Below, in pieces: positions 10,285 through 18,649 of a DNA stretch of 64,000 bases. Source of the DNA: Candidatus Hydrogenedentota bacterium (GTDB lineage Bacteria > Hydrogenedentota > Hydrogenedentia > Hydrogenedentales > SLHB01); assembly GCA_963668025.2 (NCBI GenBank), contig CAXXTH010000014.1:1-64000 (forward strand). Reading direction: 5' to 3'. The notes under the pieces were generated by a model. It made no database searches and was not told the DNA's origin. It saw only the letters and a list, made by a program, of their open reading frames with translations. A program made the position numbers and the translations under genes. Positions within the stretch are counted from its first letter, which is position 1. Each line of letters opens with the position of its first letter.

Positions 10285-10594
10285 AAAGCACTCTTCCGTT
10301 CAACACGATCTCCTCCATGAAACAATCTCCTATTGCAATACGCTCTTGGATCTGTTCCGGAGTGCGAACCAACAAATCCATCGGAAAACCTGGCCCATGC
10401 CATTGCCGTATCCGCGATGCCGTTTTCCACGGCCTCTCTTGCGTCTCCATCACCACCAACAGATCCACATCCGAATCTGCACTGGGCTCGCCATACGCAT
10501 AAGAGCCAAACAAGATGACCTTGCTCGCGCCAAACAATTCACCCACATCACGAGCATATCGTTCTATATCGTTCATGGAAACCATCGTCGTCAC
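10268..10594 (-). CDS. Minimal nucleotidyltransferase (MNT antitoxin)
   Basis: VILFGSYAYG...DSDVDLLVV. Overlaps the HEPN start. Confidence 0.9.
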   Translation of the reverse strand: MTTMVSMNDIERYARDVGELFGASKVILFGSYAYGEPSADSDVDLLVVMETQERPWKTASRIRQWHGPGFPMDLLVRTPEQIQERIAIGDCFMEEIVLNGRVLYETRH

Positions 10595-10637
10595 TCACTT
10601 CACCGGCCGCTTTCTCAACGCGGCGTAACCGCAACCA

Positions 10638-10778
10638 TGGCTCCGGATTTTTCACCACGAAGAAAACGAAGGAAATGATGTAAATTTGGCCACAAGAAGC
10701 ACAAGAGCCACAAAAGATTTATTATTATCTGTGTCATCTGCGTCATCCGTGGAAAAGTCTTCGTGCTAATAACAGTTA
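10638..10778. repeat. ~145-bp direct repeat, copy 1
   Basis: tggctccggatttttcaccacgaag...gccacaagaagcacaagagccacaaaa...tctgtgtcatctgcgtcatccgtggaaaagtcttcgtg...taacagtta. Near-identical to 11818-11967. Confidence 0.95.
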
Positions 10779-10894
10779 TGTTTTGTTTTATGGAAACCAT
10801 TATCCCATCGCTACCCCAGATATTCAATATTCCGGGAATGCCCGCCATACCAGCAGCATTCTATTTCCCATTCTGTGCGTTCCAGATATCTTCT

Positions 10895-11527
10895 CTAGAA
10901 TTTGAATTCCTGTTTGCCCCATCCTGCGACCGTTTTCACAAAATATCGATTGAGTCCCACCTGGATGGGGCCGAGTACAATCGTTGTGGTCGCGATCGCG
11001 AGGGCGCTTCCGACCTGAATCACTGGTTCAAACAGTAAAAGTAAACTCATTGTTATCAAAGCGACACCGAGAGTCTCGTTAATTTTGTCATTGTGATGAA
11101 GCTTTCGGTATCCGATCCTATCCATAAATCGCCTTAAAATAGGCCCGAAAGGAAACCCATACCCCACAACAATAATAAGGTCACATAAGAGCACAAGGTA
11201 AATTTTTGGCAGAATTATCAGAAACTGTTGACCGTCATTGAGCAGCAATGATAATACTTTATACGTTAAAGCTACTAACCCACTACATAGAGTAAATGCG
11301 CACAGCATCTCGTATCTGTTATCGTCATACCACAGCTTCCACACGGAGCGAAGGGACTCGTAACGAACACTTACAATGAGCGTCATTGAAAAAAACAACA
11401 GCATCCCTATGAATATCATCGAAAGAACAATTTGACAGTAAAATGCTAGCATCAAGCACGGAAAAGGAACACTTCGAGCTAGTGCTTTTATTAATAAACT
11501 TGAGTTGATTTTCAAATCATGCATCAT
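10895..11527 (-). CDS. Low-GC multi-TM hypothetical protein (candidate immunity protein)
   Basis: 210-aa ORF with about 6 hydrophobic segments. AT-rich, between the direct repeats and downstream of an Rhs-core remnant. Confidence 0.6.
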   Translation of the reverse strand: MMHDLKINSSLLIKALARSVPFPCLMLAFYCQIVLSMIFIGMLLFFSMTLIVSVRYESLRSVWKLWYDDNRYEMLCAFTLCSGLVALTYKVLSLLLNDGQQFLIILPKIYLVLLCDLIIVVGYGFPFGPILRRFMDRIGYRKLHHNDKINETLGVALITMSLLLLFEPVIQVGSALAIATTTIVLGPIQVGLNRYFVKTVAGWGKQEFKF

Positions 11528-11598
11528 CCTTATATGAAAAGTGTTTCATAATCTGCTTTGTTCCGTATGGGTACTCACCATGGGCACATCGACTTCGA

Positions 11599-11818
11599 CT
11601 AGACCTTAATATTATCATTAATCCTGGAAAGATGATCGCAAAAGTCACTATTATTCTCCTCATTACTTTCGTCTTTATGAGGTATGTGCATATATTTTCC
11701 TGCCTCCAACATAGGAGTCCGTAGCCGAATGCTATCATTTGGTAATGCAGCCAAAGAATATGAATACCAACGGTTCGATGCGCATGACCAGATTCCCGCC
11801 TACATAGGCGTATACATT
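11599..11818 (-). pseudogene. Rhs core end / C-terminal tip remnant
   Basis: Minus strand reads NVYAYVGGNLVMRIEPL, matching the Rhs repeat-associated core end NxYxYxxxNPxxxxDPxG. There is no start, and the frame breaks soon after. Confidence 0.6.
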
Positions 11819-11967
11819 GGCTCCAGATTTTTCACCACGAAGACCACGAAGATCACGAAGGAAATAATGAAAATTTAGCCACAAGAAGCACAAGAGCCAC
11901 AAAAGGATCATTATTATCTGTGTCATCTGCGTCATCCGTGGAAAAGTCTTCGTGTTACTAACAGTTA
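11818..11967. repeat. ~145-bp direct repeat, copy 2 (one extra 9-bp unit)
   Basis: Aligns end to end with 10638-10778, with ccacgaagaccacgaagatcacgaagg in place of ccacgaagaaaacgaagg. Confidence 0.95.
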
Positions 11968-12050
11968 AAATCTAGTTTTCTTGCCAAGAATTCCCTGGGA
12001 AACCATTGCATATTGATTAGTTGTGTTCTGGTCCATATAAGCGTATCTCT

Positions 12051-12077
12051 TGAGCGGTGGGGCAAGCCCCACCCTAC
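12051..12077 (-). repeat. GTAG-type REP-like palindrome
   Basis: Exact 27-bp reverse complement of 57388-57414 (gtagggtggggcttgccccaccgctca). Confidence 0.8.
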
Positions 12078-12114
12078 CACTATAAACTTTAGTGTATTTA
12101 GTGTATTTCGTGGT

Positions 12115-13587
12115 TTAAATCCGGATCTGTGGTTTTCCCATATCGAATCCGCGATTCCGCTCGTAGGCGTCTCCCACGCGCAGCAGCATTTCCTCGTCAA
12201 ACGGCTTGCCCACGAGCTGGAGTCCCACCGGCAGGCCGGACGCGGTAAGGCCGCACGGCATGCTCATGCCGCACACGCCCGCCAGGTTGATCGAGATTGT
12301 ATAAATGTCGCTCAAGTACATCTCGAGCGGGTCCGCCGTTTTCTCGCCAATCTTGAAGGCCGGCGTGGGGGAGGTGGGCGTCGCGATCACATCGCATTGC
12401 TCGAATGCCTTCATGAAGTCGTTGCGGATGAGCGAACGCACTTTCTGCGCCTTCAAATAATAGGCGTCGTAATAGCCGCTCGAGAGCACGTAGGTGCCCA
12501 GCATGATGCGCCTGCGCACTTCCGGACCGAACGCCTCGCTCTTCGACAAATGGTACATCTCTTTCACATCATGGGCTTTCGGGGAACGGTAGCCATAGCG
12601 CACGCCATCGAACCGCGCCAGATTCGCGCTCGCCTCCGCCGTGCAGATGATGTAATACACTGCGATGGCGTAATCCGTATGGGGGAGATTCACCTCCACC
12701 ACCTTCGCGCCCAATGCTTCGAGCCGCGCCACGGCCGCTTCGATCTTCTCACGCACCTCGCCGCCCAGGGCGTCCGTATAATATTCTTTCGGCAAGCCCA
12801 CGCGCACCCCGCGAATATCCCCCGTGAGGGCCTTCGTGAAGTCCTGCACGGGAATATCCGCCGAGGTCGAGTCGTGCGCATCCCACCCGCATAGCGTATT
12901 CAACACCAAGGCGCAGTCCTCGACATCCTTCGTGAACGGCCCAATCTGGTCGAGGGAGGACGCGAACGCCACCAGGCCATACCGAGACACGCGGCCATAG
13001 GTCGGTTTCATCCCCACGACGCCGCAACAGGCCGCAGGCTGGCGAATCGAACCGCCCGTATCGCTTCCGAGCGAAAACGTGGCCATATCCGCCGCCACGC
13101 TCGCCGCCGAACCGCCGCTCGAACCGCCAGGCACACACGCCAGATTCCACGGATTCCGCGTAAGCTGCACCGACGAATTCTCCGTCGACGAGCCCATGGC
13201 GAATTCATCCATATTCACCTTGCCGAGAAACACTGCCCCCGCCTGTTCGAGCCGTTCGACGACCGTCGCGTTGAAGGGGCTGCGGTAGCCCTTGAGGATC
13301 TTCGAGCAGCAACTGGTCGTGCCTTGCTTGGTGCAGAGCAGCTCCTTCAATGATATCGGAATACCGAGCAACGCGCTCGATGCATCGCCCGATTTTAAGC
13401 GCGCATCCGCCCGCTCCGCTTGTTCCAGAGCAGAGTCACGCCACACATCCGTATAGGCTTTGACTTGTCCGTCAACGGCATCAATGTGTTCGAGGTAATT
13501 CTCCGTGAGTTCACGGGAAGTCGTATCGCCTTTTCGCAAGGCATCCCGCAGTTCATGGGCAGTCAACTGTCGCCACGGCTTGTTCAT
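12115..13587 (-). CDS. gatA: Asp/Glu-tRNA amidotransferase subunit A
   Basis: Amidase signature GKVNMDEFAMGSS, PGGSSGGSAA, GSDTGGSIRQPA, RRIMLGTYVLSSGYYDAYY. Confidence 0.98.
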   Translation of the reverse strand: MNKPWRQLTAHELRDALRKGDTTSRELTENYLEHIDAVDGQVKAYTDVWRDSALEQAERADARLKSGDASSALLGIPISLKELLCTKQGTTSCCSKILKGYRSPFNATVVERLEQAGAVFLGKVNMDEFAMGSSTENSSVQLTRNPWNLACVPGGSSGGSAASVAADMATFSLGSDTGGSIRQPAACCGVVGMKPTYGRVSRYGLVAFASSLDQIGPFTKDVEDCALVLNTLCGWDAHDSTSADIPVQDFTKALTGDIRGVRVGLPKEYYTDALGGEVREKIEAAVARLEALGAKVVEVNLPHTDYAIAVYYIICTAEASANLARFDGVRYGYRSPKAHDVKEMYHLSKSEAFGPEVRRRIMLGTYVLSSGYYDAYYLKAQKVRSLIRNDFMKAFEQCDVIATPTSPTPAFKIGEKTADPLEMYLSDIYTISINLAGVCGMSMPCGLTASGLPVGLQLVGKPFDEEMLLRVGDAYERNRGFDMGKPQIRI

Positions 13588-13590
13588 GGG

Positions 13591-13887
13591 TCACTCCGTA
13601 TCTAAAATCTTGGGAACCAGGAAATACTCGCCATCCGTCTTCGGGGCGTTCATGAAGGCGGCGTCCCGTTCGAGCGAAGGCTGCACCACATCATCCCGGT
13701 ACACATTCGTGATCTCAAGCACATGCATCATCGGCTCGACGCCGGAGGTATCCAGCTCATTGAGCTTATCCATATACGCCAGGATGTCTCCCAACTCGCC
13801 CACAAGACGCTGTTTCGTCTCCTCATCGAGCGTCAATTGGGCCAATCCAGCCACATATTCCACATCGTGCAAGGTAATTTTGGCCAT
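13591..13887 (-). CDS. gatC: Asp/Glu-tRNA amidotransferase subunit C
   Basis: DVEYVAGLAQL...LNELDTSGVEP...NAP..DGEYFLVPKI. Lies directly upstream of gatA. Confidence 0.95.
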   Translation of the reverse strand: MAKITLHDVEYVAGLAQLTLDEETKQRLVGELGDILAYMDKLNELDTSGVEPMMHVLEITNVYRDDVVQPSLERDAAFMNAPKTDGEYFLVPKILDTE

Positions 13888-14046
13888 AATATGCCCCTTT
13901 TAAAGCTTCTTAAAAATCATACCATCATACCACACCGGTCTGAGCATTTCCAAAAGAGAACGCCCCGGAAAAGGCCCGCCAAAGCGCATCTCCAGGGCGT
14001 AAAAATCTCTTATCTCTACTCGTCATCGCGCTGGCCGTGCTCGGAT

Positions 14047-15828
14047 TCAGCCCTCCGCTTCCGCCGACGCCTCTATCGAGGCCTCTTTCGTTGCGGAATC
14101 GTCTGTATGGGAAGGAACCGCTTCCAGCGGGCGTTTGCGCACTTCCCAATACGTCAGCGCCTGCTTCTCCGCCGGTTCTGGCTTCGAGAACAGGCTGAAG
14201 ATAAACGCGGGAATAAAGAATCCAATGACGCCCAGCGTCATGATCCATTGGCGGCTCAGCGGCTTGTATCCTTCCACGGATGCATCCGGCATTATAGACG
14301 CCATGAAGTGGAATAAGCCGCCCGCTTCATACAACTTAGGCGCGGTGAACACCATAAAATAGAGCCCCACGCAAGCGCTGATAAGCCCCGCCCAGAAAAC
14401 CCCCCGGCTCGTGGCCCGTCGCCAGAAAATGCCGCTTACAAAAATCCCCAATACCGGCCCGAAGAACGTGAAAGCCAGGCTCATGGAGATATCGATAATT
14501 TTTCCAAAATTCTGCGCCTGCCATGCAATGAGAACCGCCAGCGCGCCAAAAGCGACGGTCAGTGCTTTAGACCAAAATACTTGGGCGTGCTGGAATTTGG
14601 GCGATTGGGGATCTCCCCTCCGAAAGCGCGGAACCACTAAATTGACCAGGTCCACCATCGTGACAGTAGCCAACGAATTCAATGATGCGGAATAACCGCC
14701 CAATCCAAGCGACAATACGGCGGCGATGATCAAGCCAGCGAAGCCGTGTGGAAAAACCTCCGAGATGAAATAGGGCACTATTTTATCGGGATTCTCCTGG
14801 AGAACCGCTGGCAGCTCACCGCCTCCCTTTTGTACATAAAATGCATATAAGCCCACCCCCAAAAACACCAACAACAGCATTGAAACTATAGTGCCCAAGA
14901 TGGACATCAAGAAACCGCGCTGGGCGTCGCGGACCGAATGCGTTGAACTAAAACGCTGTATGACCGGCTGGTTGCACGAATACGTGTTGACGCCCCCCAA
15001 AATGCCAATCAGCAGCAACCCTAGATAGGTATAAGGAATCTTCAAATACGCCGCAATGCCGTCCATGCTGAACTGGAAGGGAGGATTGTCCTTCGCGTAA
15101 ATGCCGACATGTTTAACGCTTTCCAGCACAGTCGCAAGCCCGCCATCCAAATTCAACATGAGATAAAAAATCTGGCTGGCGAGTGCGGCGAATAAAATGA
15201 ACGACATCATGACACCGCCCCAAATGACTCCGCGCATGCCGCTGAGAGCCGTATAGAGAGTGGCTATAATGCCAAAAACAACGATGAGAAAAGTCAGCCA
15301 GGGATCTTTTTCCCCGAATCCCCATTGCACAAGAGCCGCGCTGAATTGATTCACCCACGGGTCATTTTCGGTCACCCCAACAATCGTGAGGCAAGGGACA
15401 TAAATGGCTATGCCAATGACCAGCGCCGTCGCTCCCATGAAAATCCCCGCCGTCAAGATGCGTACACGGTTATCAAAGCGCTTTTCGATATATTCATAGA
15501 CCGAAACCACCCCCACCCGCCGCCAAAATGGCAGCGCAATATAGAATATATAGGGATAAATCAGCGGTAGAGCGCAGAAACTGGCAAGAGGTACGAAACC
15601 GTACTGAATGACATTCGATGGCTGGCTGATGAAATCCATGGCGCTCGTGGTGCCCGCAAGCATCGAAATGCCAAACATCAGCCATTTCATGGTTTTACCG
15701 GCCTGGAAATATTCGCTGGTCGTTTTTTGGCGGCGGGATTGATAAAGCCCAATGGAAATCATGCCCAATAAATATAAAAGAACCACAGACCAATCCAGCC
15801 AGGTAAACCGCATCGTCGCTCCGTTCAT
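14047..15828 (-). CDS. Sodium:solute symporter family transporter
   Basis: About 13 TM segments; EYF.AGK, SVYEYIEKRF, YTALSGMRGVIW, NQPVIQRF, SLNSLAT. Confidence 0.9.
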   Translation of the reverse strand: MNGATMRFTWLDWSVVLLYLLGMISIGLYQSRRQKTTSEYFQAGKTMKWLMFGISMLAGTTSAMDFISQPSNVIQYGFVPLASFCALPLIYPYIFYIALPFWRRVGVVSVYEYIEKRFDNRVRILTAGIFMGATALVIGIAIYVPCLTIVGVTENDPWVNQFSAALVQWGFGEKDPWLTFLIVVFGIIATLYTALSGMRGVIWGGVMMSFILFAALASQIFYLMLNLDGGLATVLESVKHVGIYAKDNPPFQFSMDGIAAYLKIPYTYLGLLLIGILGGVNTYSCNQPVIQRFSSTHSVRDAQRGFLMSILGTIVSMLLLVFLGVGLYAFYVQKGGGELPAVLQENPDKIVPYFISEVFPHGFAGLIIAAVLSLGLGGYSASLNSLATVTMVDLVNLVVPRFRRGDPQSPKFQHAQVFWSKALTVAFGALAVLIAWQAQNFGKIIDISMSLAFTFFGPVLGIFVSGIFWRRATSRGVFWAGLISACVGLYFMVFTAPKLYEAGGLFHFMASIMPDASVEGYKPLSRQWIMTLGVIGFFIPAFIFSLFSKPEPAEKQALTYWEVRKRPLEAVPSHTDDSATKEASIEASAEAEG

Positions 15829-16079
15829 ATACAGACCCCGCCTCCTCGCCCCCGCATGGGAACTCTCTCGAATCCGCCCCCGTGCCGCCCAGGCTTGTTA
15901 CGATTCCACAATCAGTATAACTCAACTATTGCTTATTATAAAGTCTATTATCATTCATTTATATGCATTATGCAAGAAAATATTTACAACATGCCCCTGG
16001 TATGAATTATTCGTAGCGTATTACCCAGAATTTTTGTATACTCATCGTTGGTTTTTCGTTAGCCGTGAGGGTGAGGCGC

Positions 16080-16559
16080 ATGACGAAACAAATCCATGAA
16101 AAGCAGGAACGAGTCATTGAGGCCGTCCGGCATGGATTCGAGGGAGACATCGCCGTCGAGTTTATACGAAAAAGCGGATATGCCATGACCATAGCGGGCA
16201 TTACACGGCATCTGCGAAGCATGGGGGGGAAAGGAAAAGTGCAAGAGCTGATTCTCGAAGGAAAAACAAATCTGGAAATCCTCGAACTCTGTTTTCCTGA
16301 AGAAGATTTGGATGAACTCTACGCGGAACCGCCCAGCCAGTGCGACTTGTTTTTGAATGATCTCCCGAACGTGGCTCCTCCCTTTCAACTTGCCTTATAT
16401 GACACAAGGAAAATGGTGATTAAAGTGCCGGAAGACCTGTATGAAGCCATTCGCCTCGCCGCCAAAGCGGAAAACACCACCATTAACCAGTTAATTGTGG
16501 ATGTGCTCACCTCCGCGCTCTCCCGCATCCCATTCAGTGGCGAACGCACAATCGAGTAG
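16080..16559 (+). CDS. Hypothetical protein with probable C-terminal ribbon-helix-helix
   Basis: GAGG RBS. C-terminus RKMVIKVPEDLYEAIRLAAKAENTTINQLIVDVL has the RHH (HicB/CopG-like) pattern. Confidence 0.7.
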   Translation: MTKQIHEKQERVIEAVRHGFEGDIAVEFIRKSGYAMTIAGITRHLRSMGGKGKVQELILEGKTNLEILELCFPEEDLDELYAEPPSQCDLFLNDLPNVAPPFQLALYDTRKMVIKVPEDLYEAIRLAAKAENTTINQLIVDVLTSALSRIPFSGERTIE

Positions 16560-16657
16560 TTGCGACTCATCGCCATGGCTTGATGCGGAATATACAGCAC
16601 CGGCGCACACATGCGGCCGAGGGGGAGGCTGTTTTTTATGTCAAGCTCGCGCTATGC

Positions 16658-17533
16658 CTAGAGGGCGGCCACGGATTCCTCCGGTTTCATAGGCCCATGA
16701 TTCCAGACCGTGGGAAAATACCGTCCTTCCAGAACCTCACCCGGATTCACTTCCACCCGCTTTTCCATCATATGGCTATGAGTAGGCTCATAGCGGGTAT
16801 ACCCCGGCATGTAATGCACGGCTATCGCGGGACGGCCCCGCTCGGAATAATTACACGGGCTGCCATGCCAGGTAAGGCAATGGTGGAACATGACATGGCC
16901 TTTCGCGACTTCACACGGAACGGGGGCCACTTCGGCCCCGGGAGGGAGCAAGGCGCGCTCGGGGGTAGGAGCGAATGTAGCCTCATCCATCTCGATGGTT
17001 CCGTTTTTATATGTCCCCCAGGCATGGCTGCCTGGAACCATCCACATACAGCCATTATCAATCGCCGCATCATCCAGAGCTATCCAGGCCGACACCAAAT
17101 CCGGAGGTTGAATAATAGGCCAATAAGGGTGATCTTGATGCCAATTGGTTGGCCCGCCGATTTCGGGCGGCTTGAATTGAATCTGATCATGCCATACGCG
17201 CACTACCGGATAACTCATTAGTTGCACCATCATTGCGCATAGGTCTTGATTATAGAGCAGCGAACGGAATTGTTCGTCCGCTTCCCAAATATTCACAATC
17301 TGATACACCACTCTTTTCGCATCATCCCCCAGCAGATTCCGTTTGCTCTCCGGCCTTGCAGCGCTTTGCTCCTCAAGCACGGTAAACATGCGCTCGCGCA
17401 ATGCATCCGCTTCGGCGTCGCTCAGAATTCGTGGCCCTTTGACATATCCATGCGTTCGGAAGTCCTCAATCTGTTCAACGGACAGCATAGAACAACTCCT
17501 TGCAGCTTCTGCCAACATCGAAACCGGAACCAC
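16658..17533 (-). CDS. Phytanoyl-CoA dioxygenase family Fe(II)/2-oxoglutarate dioxygenase
   Basis: WHQD, SAWIALDDA..DNGC...PGSH, FHH.LTWHGS..N.S...R. Confidence 0.92.
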   Translation of the reverse strand: MVPVSMLAEAARSCSMLSVEQIEDFRTHGYVKGPRILSDAEADALRERMFTVLEEQSAARPESKRNLLGDDAKRVVYQIVNIWEADEQFRSLLYNQDLCAMMVQLMSYPVVRVWHDQIQFKPPEIGGPTNWHQDHPYWPIIQPPDLVSAWIALDDAAIDNGCMWMVPGSHAWGTYKNGTIEMDEATFAPTPERALLPPGAEVAPVPCEVAKGHVMFHHCLTWHGSPCNYSERGRPAIAVHYMPGYTRYEPTHSHMMEKRVEVNPGEVLEGRYFPTVWNHGPMKPEESVAAL

Positions 17534-17621
17534 ATGTTACAGTTTGTTCGAATTGTATGAATTACCCATCAACTAAACCCCTCAAACCGGCACGGAATTC
17601 CTTATCTATTTCTCGTTATGT

Positions 17622-18551
17622 TCATGTTCCAGAAGGCGGCATATTATGCAATACGATGCGGGCATTGCGCGCCATGCCTGCTTGTTTGGCGCGCATGATC
17701 GGCGAACCGGCGAAAGCTTCCTGAAAACCTTCAGCGTCCATACGCGTGAGCCTTTCTAAATCGGGATGTGCATGGCCAGGACGGGGAGCAAAATCCGATT
17801 CGTCCGTATCAGATACCCGGTGATTCCACGGACATGCTTCCTGGCAGATGTCGCACCCAAACACCCAATCTCTCATGTTACCCGCAACCAACCCCGGTAT
17901 TTCGCTCCGATTTTCTATGGTATGGTACGAAATACATCGCCGGGAATCCACCATGCGCGGCTCCACAATGGCCCCGGTGGGGCAGGCGTCCATGCAAGCC
18001 CGGCAAGAGCCGCACCTATCCGGCATGGGAGAGTCCGGAGCCAATTCCGCTGTGGTAAGAATGACGCCAAGAAAAAACCAGGAACCCAAATCCGGGTGAA
18101 GGATAAGGCTGTTTTTACCGATCCAGCCTAATCCAGCCCGCGCCGCCCAAAACTTCTCGAGCACGGGCGCACTGTCAATCGAGCAATAGGTTTGAGCGCC
18201 GGGGCTCGATTGTTCAATTGCCTGGGCAAGGGCCTGCAAAGGCTTCCGAAGCACTCGATGGTAATCGCGCCCCCATGCGTAGCGCGAGACGCGCCCCGAA
18301 CCGAGTGGAGCGGGAGGGCGCGGATAGTAATAGTTTCGAGCCGCCACCACTGCGGACTTCGCGCCAGGAAGCTTCTCCCGTGGCTCCCGGCGCATATCCG
18401 CCGTATGCGCCATCCATTCCATATCCGCATGGAATCCCGCATCCAGCCAAGCTAGAAACCGGTTATCCGGGTCAATTTCCTCTGCTTTAGCGATGGCGCA
18501 TGCATCAAATCCCAATTCCGCCGCTTTGCGCTTTATCACCTTCGAGATCAC
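17622..18551 (-). CDS. queG: Epoxyqueuosine reductase
   Basis: SRYAWGRDYH, AGLGWIGKN, CGSCRACMDACPT, CISYHTIE, FGCDICQEACPWN. Confidence 0.96.
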   Translation of the reverse strand: MISKVIKRKAAELGFDACAIAKAEEIDPDNRFLAWLDAGFHADMEWMAHTADMRREPREKLPGAKSAVVAARNYYYPRPPAPLGSGRVSRYAWGRDYHRVLRKPLQALAQAIEQSSPGAQTYCSIDSAPVLEKFWAARAGLGWIGKNSLILHPDLGSWFFLGVILTTAELAPDSPMPDRCGSCRACMDACPTGAIVEPRMVDSRRCISYHTIENRSEIPGLVAGNMRDWVFGCDICQEACPWNHRVSDTDESDFAPRPGHAHPDLERLTRMDAEGFQEAFAGSPIMRAKQAGMARNARIVLHNMPPSGT

Positions 18552-18579
18552 TATGAATTCCTTGGCCTGTCTCTAAATG

Positions 18580-18617
18580 AAAAGGGGAGAAGCATCCCAT
18601 AGTGGGCGCATCTCCCC
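18580..18617 (-). terminator. Probable terminator after the S8 peptidase
   Basis: Minus strand ggggagatgc...gcttctcccc followed by ttttcattt. Confidence 0.55.
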
Positions 18618-18649
18618 ATATCCAAGCGGCTTATTCTTGCCGCTGAAGC

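Noticed and set aside
10615-10848. Short ORFs with MTQMTQII / LCFLW / LRVLRG-like text (also 11735-11935, 23068-23343, 53166-53541)
   Set aside because: They are translations of the 9-bp-periodic DNA repeats, not credible proteins, apart from the Rhs motif reported separately.
10638-11967. Repeats as a CRISPR array
   Set aside because: Only two long copies about 1 kb apart, no regular repeat-spacer period, and no cas genes.
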